A stretch of 64,000 nucleotides of DNA from an uncultured Eubacteriales bacterium. Its GTDB lineage: Bacteria; Bacillota; Clostridia; Oscillospirales; CAG-272. The notes under the pieces were generated by a model. That model was given only the letters and a program-made list of their open reading frames with translations, ran no database searches and was not told where the DNA came from. Numbering within the stretch: position 1 is the stretch's first letter; each line of letters starts with the position of its first letter. This document shows, one piece after another, positions 46,143 to 53,678 of the stretch. The stretch lies in assembly GCA_900549725.1 (NCBI GenBank), contig URPL01000002.1, positions 17,077-81,076 on the forward strand, in the 5' to 3' direction. The translations under genes and the position numbers were made by a program.

Positions 46143-47306
46143 TCAGTGGCGATCGAGTGTGAGAACAACGCGATAACGGGGATCAAGCGCCTGCAGCGCG
46201 TTTTTGATCTGCTGCAGCTTTTTCTCATATTCCGATTCTTTTTGCGAAAGCGGAACGACAATGTCGAAAATCAGGTTGATCTGCTGCTCTCCGTCCGTGA
46301 TGCGGAAATCGTGAAAGGAATAGGCGGGATCCACCTCGGCAATCACCGCGGCAAGGCGTTCCCGCAGCGCATCCAGCCGCGGGTCGTCCGTAATGATCGG
46401 ATCCATATGGATTACAAGCGTTGTGCCGAGCTCCGTTTTTGCCCGCTGCTCCAATGCGTCGATCACCTCGTGCGTGCGGCAAAGATCGCAATTTGCGTCG
46501 ACCTCCGCGTGCACGGAGGCAATGTTGCGTCCGGGGCCGTAGTTGTGAATGATAAGATCGTGCGCGCCGAGTACGCCTTCCCCGCTGAGCACAAGCGCGC
46601 GCAAAGAGGAGGTGAGCGCTTCGTCCGGCGCCTCCCCGATGAGCAGATCAATGGTTTCTTTGGCAACGGAAATGCCACCGCGCAGAATCAGCAGGGAAAC
46701 GCAAACACCGAGCAGCGCATCCATCGGGAACGAGACAAACAGCCCGAGCACGGAACCGAGCAAAACGACGGTTGTGGCAATCGCGTCAAACAGGCTGTCC
46801 TGTGCGGCTGCACGCAGCAGGACGGAATCGATGCGTTTGCCGATGCGCCGATTATACCAAAACATAAAAAGCTTGCACAGCACGCTGAGCAGCAAAATGA
46901 CAGCTGTCAGCACGGAAAATGTAACCGGAGCGGGCGAAAAGAATTTTTCCACAGAGCTTTTGCCAAGCTCAAGCCCTACCAAAAGAATCATCACGGCAAC
47001 GCAGAGAGCCGCAATATATTCAAGTCTGCCGTGCCCGTAGGGGTGTTTTTCGTCCGGCTGCTGCGCGCTGAGCTTTGCGCCGACAACGCCGACGGCGGAG
47101 GAGCCGAGATCGGAGAGGTTATTGAAGGCGTCCGAAAGCACGGCGACCGAGCCGCTGAGAAGCCCCGCGGCGAGCTTTATACCGAACAGGCAAAGGTTGA
47201 AGAAGATGCCGAGCAGACCGCAAAACAGCTCATAGCGGGCGCGTGCACGCGGAGAAAGACCCCCTCCGTCGTCGCCCGCAAAGCGGCGAATCAAGGAAAG
47301 CAGCAT
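46143..47306 (-). CDS. Cation diffusion facilitator family transporter
   Basis: Six hydrophobic segments are present, with the metal-site motifs LSDAFNNLSD and HGRLEY-type residues. A C-terminal cytoplasmic domain (IHNYGPGRNIASVHAEV) follows. Confidence 0.88.
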   Translation of the reverse strand: MLLSLIRRFAGDDGGGLSPRARARYELFCGLLGIFFNLCLFGIKLAAGLLSGSVAVLSDAFNNLSDLGSSAVGVVGAKLSAQQPDEKHPYGHGRLEYIAALCVAVMILLVGLELGKSSVEKFFSPAPVTFSVLTAVILLLSVLCKLFMFWYNRRIGKRIDSVLLRAAAQDSLFDAIATTVVLLGSVLGLFVSFPMDALLGVCVSLLILRGGISVAKETIDLLIGEAPDEALTSSLRALVLSGEGVLGAHDLIIHNYGPGRNIASVHAEVDANCDLCRTHEVIDALEQRAKTELGTTLVIHMDPIITDDPRLDALRERLAAVIAEVDPAYSFHDFRITDGEQQINLIFDIVVPLSQKESEYEKKLQQIKNALQALDPRYRVVLTLDRH

Positions 47307-47318
47307 GGCGAGCCTCGC

Positions 47319-48302
47319 TTATGTGCGCCGCTGCAGCTTTTGCAGGCGGACGTCGCGCCCCTGGAACAAAAGCGCCCGAGAGGAGCCGAACAGGCGGGAA
47401 ACGATGCGATCCTGATATTTTTTTTGCAGCTCGTCCGCACCGAGGTTTGTATTGATGATCCACGGCTTTTCGCGATTGATGCGCGCATTGAGCAGCTCGT
47501 ACAGGCAGGAAACGGAATACTGTGTGATCGGTTCCGTCCCAAGGTCGTCCAAAATGAGCAAATCGCAGCAGGCGGGACGCATGTTCGGCGCGGCATCGTC
47601 TTCCCGGGAAAAGCGTGTTTCTTCAAAGGTGCGGAACAGCTCCGCCGCCGTGACATAATATACATCGTATCCTTTTTCCATCACCTGCCGTGCGATTGCG
47701 GTGGAAAGGTGCGTTTTTCCGAGACCTGTCGGACCGGTCAGCAGCAGCCCCTGCGTGGTGGTTTCGTCAAAAGAGGAGGCATAGCTGCGGCAAATTTCAA
47801 GATTTTGTTCCATACGGGTGCGCTCTGCGCCCGTGTAAAAGGAAAGGTCAAAGCTTTCAAAGCTTTGTGTGCGGATCAGGGCACCGAGCCCGGAATGCTC
47901 AAAGCGTTCCATCGCAAGCATTTTTTTCAGGCAAATGCACATTTTCCCGTCCGTATAACCCGTGTCCTTGCACAGGGGGCAGGCATAGCGCGGCTGCAGA
48001 TAATCCGAGGGAAAGCCCGCTGCGCGCAAAAGCTCTTCGCGGTCGGAGAGCAGTGCGTCGATGTTAGCTTTCTGTGCGTCGATGCGCGCGTCGAAAGCGG
48101 CTTTGTCCTCCCGGCTGTGCGCCGAAATCGCGCTTTTCATCAGCGCAAACCCAAGCTGCTTGGTTGCGGCGTCTACCTGTGCAATTTCCGGGCATGCCGC
48201 ATAGACCTCGGCGCGGCGCAGCTGCGCTTCCAGCTCGGCGCGGGTGCGGGAGGCTGCAAGACGGTCCTTCGCTGCCCGCAGATATTGGGCATCCTGCTTC
48301 AT
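47319..48302 (-). CDS. DnaC/DnaI-like AAA+ helicase-loader ATPase (IstB-like fold)
   Basis: An N-terminal zinc-module-like CPLCKDTGY...CICLKK is present. Walker A is LLLTGPTGLGKTHL and Walker B is LLILDDLG. It is paired with an upstream DnaD-domain gene. Confidence 0.8.
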   Translation of the reverse strand: MKQDAQYLRAAKDRLAASRTRAELEAQLRRAEVYAACPEIAQVDAATKQLGFALMKSAISAHSREDKAAFDARIDAQKANIDALLSDREELLRAAGFPSDYLQPRYACPLCKDTGYTDGKMCICLKKMLAMERFEHSGLGALIRTQSFESFDLSFYTGAERTRMEQNLEICRSYASSFDETTTQGLLLTGPTGLGKTHLSTAIARQVMEKGYDVYYVTAAELFRTFEETRFSREDDAAPNMRPACCDLLILDDLGTEPITQYSVSCLYELLNARINREKPWIINTNLGADELQKKYQDRIVSRLFGSSRALLFQGRDVRLQKLQRRT

Positions 48303-48374
48303 AGTTTTCTCCTTTTGTCTGTTACGCGCACCGCGCGTTTGTCTTTTTGTGCGGGAAAAAGCGATTGCTTGCGG

Positions 48375-49436
48375 TCAATTTACTTTGTCCTGCTGCTGGG
48401 GTTGCGCTTCGTTTTGCGGCAGCTCGACGCCGTAAGAGCGTGCAAGTGCGGCATCCAAAAAGGCGGAGGATTCAAAGCTGTGTTTTTGCTGCGCAGAGGC
48501 ACCGTTTTTATCCCGCGCGGCACGAAAGGCGGCTTCTTTTTCCTGTGCCTGCGCCGCCGTTGTAATGCCGTCTTCATGCGCGCGGCGCAGCACCTTTGCC
48601 ATATAATTCAGCGTCGGGCGGGTTGTATGTGCTACGGTTTGCTCATAGGCAAACTGCAAAAGCTCGTCGGAAATATCCCAAGAGGTAAGCTCTTCCACGG
48701 TTTTTTTCTCTTTTGCGGTGAGCGCGCGCTCGCCGAGGCCGAGCAGGCGGCGCAGCTTCTGCTCCGTTTGCTCCGTGCGGTCCAAAAAGGCGAAGCGCTC
48801 CTGAAGCGCGCCGACGGTCGTGATGCCGTCGTCATACAGCCCGGCGGCGGTCGCTTCTATGTAGCGCATATTTGCCTTGTTCTTTTTGGCAAGATATGCA
48901 AGCAATGACAAAATATAGTGCGCGTCGAATCCGAAATAGTCGTGCAGTGCCACCAAAGAAGCAACCTCGTGTTCGGAAAACACCTTGCCGACCACGGTTT
49001 GCGCCAGCTCGATCATGGGGCTTGCCTCTGCATCGGAGGTCAGGATGTGCGCAATTTCCTCATTGGAGTAGGCGGGAATGCGATTTTTGCGCGGGCGGCC
49101 CGGCAGCGGTTGCGCCGTTTTTTGCACGGGAGAGGGAGCCTGCGGAGAAACCGGGGAGAGCTGCGGAGCTTCTTTTTCGGGCTGCTGCAAAACGGCGGGA
49201 ACTAAAAGCCCCTGCTCTGCCAATGACCCGACGGCATCCTGCGCCGCCGCAAGCGAAACGCCTGCCGCAGCGGCGATCGCCTCATATTTTGTTTCGGTGT
49301 CAATGCGCAAATCCGCATTCGCGGCAAGGGCAAGCAAAACTTTTGCACAGTCCCCGCCAAGCGTCGGCAATGCGCGCAGGACAGCCTCGCGCGGCAGATT
49401 GATCACGCCGAAGCCGTACGAAAAAATAAAATGCAT
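48375..49436 (-). CDS. DnaD/DnaB-domain replication protein
   Basis: The start MHFIFSYGF follows GGTGGTGA. An N-terminal winged-helix-like segment, a Pro/Gln linker and two DnaD-type C-terminal repeats (YILSLLAYLAKKNKANMRYIEATAAGL and TLNYMAKVLRRAHEDGITT) are present. Confidence 0.72.
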   Translation of the reverse strand: MHFIFSYGFGVINLPREAVLRALPTLGGDCAKVLLALAANADLRIDTETKYEAIAAAAGVSLAAAQDAVGSLAEQGLLVPAVLQQPEKEAPQLSPVSPQAPSPVQKTAQPLPGRPRKNRIPAYSNEEIAHILTSDAEASPMIELAQTVVGKVFSEHEVASLVALHDYFGFDAHYILSLLAYLAKKNKANMRYIEATAAGLYDDGITTVGALQERFAFLDRTEQTEQKLRRLLGLGERALTAKEKKTVEELTSWDISDELLQFAYEQTVAHTTRPTLNYMAKVLRRAHEDGITTAAQAQEKEAAFRAARDKNGASAQQKHSFESSAFLDAALARSYGVELPQNEAQPQQQDKVN

Positions 49437-49472
49437 GTCATTCACCACCTTGCGGCACAGTCGCCGCGCATA

Positions 49473-49489
49473 GTCATAATTGTGACCAT
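49473..49489. repeat. 17-bp near-palindromic motif GTCATAATTGTGACCAT, copy 2 (overlaps the likely promoter of the DnaD-like gene)
   Basis: It matches 29484-29500 exactly. It lies 122 nt inside the inner boundary of repeat copy 2 and 37 nt upstream of the DnaD-like ATG. Confidence 0.8.
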
Positions 49490-49611
49490 GCACGCCTTTC
49501 AATCCGTTTTTTCAAAAATCCGTTTTTTTGAAGCAGCAGGAAAGCTGCTCCAAAAAATTTGCAGCAAAGAATTCGGTTTTTGTGCCGAGCACATAAAAGC
49601 CCGGAACGCGG

Positions 49612-49817
49612 CCTCGGAAAAGAACTGACCCGAATCCCCGTGCTCCCTAACCCAACCGGTAATTTATAACCCAAAGTCAGGGGCACGGAATTTGTTCTCC
49701 ATGGCAGAACAAAGCGTTCCGAGTTTTATGGTTTTGCCGCAGGCAAAATTGCCGCAAGCCGTGATGCGGCAAAATAAAACTTGAGGGGGTTGGAACGTAA
49801 CCTCAGCCGAGATCTGA
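49612..49817 (-). repeat. Structured intergenic repeat element, copy 2 (inverted relative to copy 1)
   Basis: The reverse complement of 49630-49817 aligns with 29154-29343 at about 90% identity by hand alignment. The outer 17-mer (49801-49817) is identical to TCAGATCTCGGCTGAGG. The inner 17-mer (49612-49628) matches it at 12/17 positions. The copy starts 2 nt after the stop codon of the glycyl-radical enzyme gene. Confidence 0.85.
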
Positions 49818-49819
49818 CC

Positions 49820-51988
49820 TTAGGACAACCCTTGTTCGGAACGCTCAATAATCATCTGCTGCCATTCATCGCACAGCGTAACAAACCGCGCGGACCAGCC
49901 CGAGACGCGTACCGCAAGGCTTTGATATTGCTCGGGATGCTTTTGTGCTTCGCGCAGAACGGCGGTGTCAACCACATCAACCTGCATAAAATAGCCGCCT
50001 AAGGCGCAAAAACCGCGCAAAAGCCCTTCAATGGCGCCGATGCCCTCTTCCCCGTTGACGCAGGTCGGGTCAAGGCGGAGATCAAGGGTGGTGCCGCCGA
50101 GCAGCTCGGTGTAGTCTGCCTTGCAGCAGGAGCGGATGATGGCGGTTGCGCCGTTGACATCCGTAGAGGGCGTGGGGGAGATGTTGCCGGCAAGAATATC
50201 GCCGCGGCGGAAGCCGTGGGCATGGGCAAAACGGGTGTCTTTCCAGTCCACCTGGCGCCCGAAGGTGCTGATGCCGGCGGTGCGGATCACACCGCAGCGC
50301 TTTTTCACCTTAGCCATTTCGGCGCAATAGTCATGTATGATGCGGCACACAAGCAGATCCGCCTCATCGCAGTCGTTTCCGTAATAGGAATATGCCCCGC
50401 GCACATATTGGCGCAGATCCTCATGGCCCTCCCAGTTGTTTTTCAGGATTTCAACCAATTCGGAAAGGGTCAGCCGCTTTTCTTCAAAGACAAGCTTGCG
50501 CACGGCGAGCATGCTGTTGGCAATATCCGGAATGCCGCCGACATGCAGCGAGCAAACCACATAGTCCGGGCCGCCGCATTCATAGTCGCGGGCGTTTTCA
50601 ATGCAGGAATCCTCAAACAGCGCGATGAGCGCAACAATCGGCAGCTCATTTGAAATAAAGGAGTCCGCCGCGGACTGAAACCATTCGACAAGCCCCTGCA
50701 TGCCACGGTGGTATGCGGCATAAAAGGCTTCGAAATCGGGATACTCGACAACGGCTCTGCCGTCCATGCAGAGAGCCTCATTCTGATAAACGGCATACAG
50801 ATCGCGCGGGTAGTAGGCAAAACGCGTTCTGCCCGGAATCTGAACCTCCCAGCAGCCGTCGTTTGCAAAATGCGAGGCGGTTTTGGCATCGTAACCCGTA
50901 GCGGCAAGCGTTTTGAGCACAACCTCCTCGTTATATACGGCGACAACGCCGCTGCCGTGGCGAATGACGCGCGCCATGAGCTGATAAATGTCTTTTGGGG
51001 TCTTTCTGTTGAGGCGAACCGCAATGGGAAAATCTGCGATGGGCAGCTCTTCCACCACCTCGAGCACCAGGCGAGTCATCGGGCCGCATTGGTCGATGCC
51101 GCCTTCATTGATGCCGCCGAGCACGATGTTCTGATAATGCTGCCCGTCGCCCGTGCCGCGGAACTCGAGATTCACCCATTCGCAGCCTTTGATGAAGAAA
51201 TGCGCCACCAGCTCGCGCGCCTCGTCAAGCGTGAGCGCGCCGCTGTCCAAATCCTTTTGCAAAAGATCGTTGAGCATCACATCGATGCGCCCGATTCCCG
51301 GCCAGGAGCCGCACAGGCGGATGAACGAAAAGGTAAACCAAAGGGATTGCAGCCCCTGCCGGAACGATTGCGGCGGGGCAAACGGAACGGTTTGCAGCGT
51401 TTCGCGCAAAACGCGGTAATGCTCCGCTTCCTCCGCGGTTGCAGCGGCGGTCTGCTTTGCAAGCAAAGCCTCCATGTAGCGGGCGTGATAAACGCCGAGC
51501 GCATCCAGCATGGCGTCAAGCGCGCCGAGAAAATCCTTCTCTTTTTCCGTGCAGGGCTGCTTGCGGCGCGCGGCAATTCGGGCGCGGAAGGAATCGGTTC
51601 CCTCGCGCAGCACGCGGTCGAAATTGGCGGTGAGATGGCTGTTGGACCAAAAGACCATCTCGTCTTCTTTGTTTTTGTCAACCCGATAGGGAATTTTATG
51701 GCTGATTGCGGTGCCGAGCGTCGCCGCCCCGCAGAGCAGCTCGCCGGGAACCAGGCGCAGGGGCGCGCGGCTTGCAATGCCGCCGTAGCAAAGAGCGGCA
51801 CGCTCAGTTTGCGATTTTTCAAAAAAATCGGGAATATCGTCAAAGATCGGCGGGTTTTTCAGGGCTTCTCTGCCGTATTCGCCGCGCAGAGAGCGGTCCG
51901 CAAAGGCGCGGGTCGCGGCGCTGAGGCGAATGGGGCGCGGGGTTTTGCAGGGCGTCGGAAAAATTACGGGAGATACGGTGCTTTGCAT
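49820..51988 (-). CDS. Glycyl radical enzyme (PFL2 / dehydratase-lyase type), substrate unknown
   Basis: The C-terminal glycyl-radical motif LAVRVSGWSARF and the Cys-loop NDGCWEV are present, and the protein is 722 aa. The ATG at 51988 follows AAAGGA. Confidence 0.85.
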   Translation of the reverse strand: MQSTVSPVIFPTPCKTPRPIRLSAATRAFADRSLRGEYGREALKNPPIFDDIPDFFEKSQTERAALCYGGIASRAPLRLVPGELLCGAATLGTAISHKIPYRVDKNKEDEMVFWSNSHLTANFDRVLREGTDSFRARIAARRKQPCTEKEKDFLGALDAMLDALGVYHARYMEALLAKQTAAATAEEAEHYRVLRETLQTVPFAPPQSFRQGLQSLWFTFSFIRLCGSWPGIGRIDVMLNDLLQKDLDSGALTLDEARELVAHFFIKGCEWVNLEFRGTGDGQHYQNIVLGGINEGGIDQCGPMTRLVLEVVEELPIADFPIAVRLNRKTPKDIYQLMARVIRHGSGVVAVYNEEVVLKTLAATGYDAKTASHFANDGCWEVQIPGRTRFAYYPRDLYAVYQNEALCMDGRAVVEYPDFEAFYAAYHRGMQGLVEWFQSAADSFISNELPIVALIALFEDSCIENARDYECGGPDYVVCSLHVGGIPDIANSMLAVRKLVFEEKRLTLSELVEILKNNWEGHEDLRQYVRGAYSYYGNDCDEADLLVCRIIHDYCAEMAKVKKRCGVIRTAGISTFGRQVDWKDTRFAHAHGFRRGDILAGNISPTPSTDVNGATAIIRSCCKADYTELLGGTTLDLRLDPTCVNGEEGIGAIEGLLRGFCALGGYFMQVDVVDTAVLREAQKHPEQYQSLAVRVSGWSARFVTLCDEWQQMIIERSEQGLS

Positions 51989-52011
51989 AGAAAAATCCTT
52001 TCTGCCTTAGC

Positions 52012-53436
52012 TCAGGCAATAGGCAGCGCTAAGAGAACGGCGCTGTCAACGGTTACGGTGTGTGCGCTTGCAAGCTCGGAGACGGCCTTGGTTTTGGCTT
52101 GGCTGCGCAGTGCGGCGCGGGAGAGCGCGTAGTAATACGGTTTTCCCTGCCCGATATAGTAAAGAACGGAGGCGCCGCGATCTTTGTCATATAAAAGAAT
52201 CGTATCGCCGCTTGCGCGGTCGGAGGAAAAAGCAAAGTCGCCGACTGCCGCAGAAAGATCGGTGCGGCGCACATCGCTTTGCAGCCCGTCCAGGGCGTCT
52301 CCGGTGAAATTATTGTTTGCGGCAAGGGAGGCAAATTCTGCGGCGCTGCCATCGGTTTTTTCAAAAGCGTCAAGAAACGCCTGCGCTTTTTCGCGGCAGG
52401 TTTTTTCTGTTTGAAATACGGAAAGCGGGAACAAAACCTCATGGATGCTGACGGTTTCGTCAAGCGGCAGATACGGCGCTTTTTCCACGGCGTAAACACG
52501 GTATGCACCGTTTTCTTTGTCTTCGATCACGGTGGTGTCGCCCGCTTTTGCGGTGCCGGAGAACAGAAAATCGCCAAGGGCTCCGCCATCGTCAAGCACG
52601 CCGGTAAAGAGTGCTTTTTTCACTGTTTGTGCCGCCTTTTCCGCGTTAGCACCCTCTGTCTGCATTATAGTGCTTTGTAAATGCTCTGCAAAGCTTTCGC
52701 CCTTTGGCACCTGCGCAAGCGCTGCGGCACGGTCCCGCGCGGCGGCGATGCTTTCAACATTGCCTGTCGTATAGAAAAAAGCATATCCGTAAAGGTCCGC
52801 TGCGTAGGCGCCGCCGCGTAAAACGGAGGCATTTGCTTCAATCTCATCATCGGTGAACTGTTTTTGTTCCAATGTGTCGGAATAGCTTTGCGCCAAATAG
52901 TTCAGCTCCAACACGCGCGCCACATCCTCGGCGCCGACGCCGTTTGGCAAAGAGGTAACCGTCTGCGCCGCGGCAAGCATGTTCTGCTTTGCATCCTCCG
53001 GAACCGAAATGCCGGCCTCCTTTGCTCCCTCGGCATACAAAAGCGTTTGCTCCGCCTGTGCGCGGGCGCCATCGAGGATGATCTCATATGCCGTCTTTTG
53101 CCCGATCTGCTGCGTGCGCAGTGCTTTTTGCGGGTCAATGCCGGTCTGCGTTTTGAAATCGTCTCCCAGGGTCTGCTGCAAATTTGCATAGTAGCGGGAG
53201 ACATAATAGCTCATCATTGCGCCGTCGATTTTGAAGTTTTCGCTTTGCAGCGCCGTTTGCCTGCGCAGCTTTGCGCCGGGGGTATTTGCCTTGTCATAAA
53301 GCCAGGCGCCGAGCAGCGCGCCGCCGAGCAGCAGCAGACAGAGCGCGCCGATGAGAATGGTCAGAAGGCGGCGCTTTTTTTGTTGTTTTTTCGCGGCATT
53401 TTCGCGCGGGGCGGTGGCAGCGGTTGTTTTTTTCAT
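52012..53436 (-). CDS. Membrane-anchored extracytoplasmic protein with two degenerate parvulin/PpiC-like repeats (putative foldase; weak call)
   Basis: A Lys-rich N-terminus and one TM helix (LLTILIGALCLLLLGGALLGAWL) are present. Repeated segments GGALGDFLFSG...GDTTVIEDKENGAYRVYAV and VGDFAFSSDRASGDTILLYDKDRGASVLYYI follow. The ATG is at 53436. Confidence 0.45.
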   Translation of the reverse strand: MKKTTAATAPRENAAKKQQKKRRLLTILIGALCLLLLGGALLGAWLYDKANTPGAKLRRQTALQSENFKIDGAMMSYYVSRYYANLQQTLGDDFKTQTGIDPQKALRTQQIGQKTAYEIILDGARAQAEQTLLYAEGAKEAGISVPEDAKQNMLAAAQTVTSLPNGVGAEDVARVLELNYLAQSYSDTLEQKQFTDDEIEANASVLRGGAYAADLYGYAFFYTTGNVESIAAARDRAAALAQVPKGESFAEHLQSTIMQTEGANAEKAAQTVKKALFTGVLDDGGALGDFLFSGTAKAGDTTVIEDKENGAYRVYAVEKAPYLPLDETVSIHEVLFPLSVFQTEKTCREKAQAFLDAFEKTDGSAAEFASLAANNNFTGDALDGLQSDVRRTDLSAAVGDFAFSSDRASGDTILLYDKDRGASVLYYIGQGKPYYYALSRAALRSQAKTKAVSELASAHTVTVDSAVLLALPIA

Positions 53437-53597
53437 TATTTTATTCCGTTTGCCGCCTCGGCGGCAATCCTTTCGGCGGCAAAGCGAGTTACCGCTTTTA
53501 TGCGAGAGACACTCCCTCATCTTTCAGTATACCACCGCGGCGGCGCTTTGGCAAGAGAAAAGCAAAAAAGCATGCGGAAAAAATCTTGTTTTCGGGG

Positions 53598-53626
53598 GTG
53601 ACAAGCGGCGCGCGGTGTGGTAAAAT
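53598..53626 (+). promoter_or_regulatory. Sigma-A-type promoter for the GH31 gene
   Basis: GTGACA (53598-53603), a 17-nt spacer, then TAAAAT (53621-53626) with a TGg extension. Confidence 0.45.
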
Positions 53627-53678
53627 AGACAAAACGCCGCCTCGGCGGCAACGGTGCGGTGCTGAGAAAGGAAAAACA

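Noticed and set aside
29154-49817. A composite transposon or integrated mobile element bounded by the inverted repeats.
   Set aside because: There is no transposase, integrase, or conjugation or phage structural gene inside. The contents are core genes (metG, proBAC, truB, rbfA). The ends are inverted, not the direct att-type repeats expected for an integrated element.
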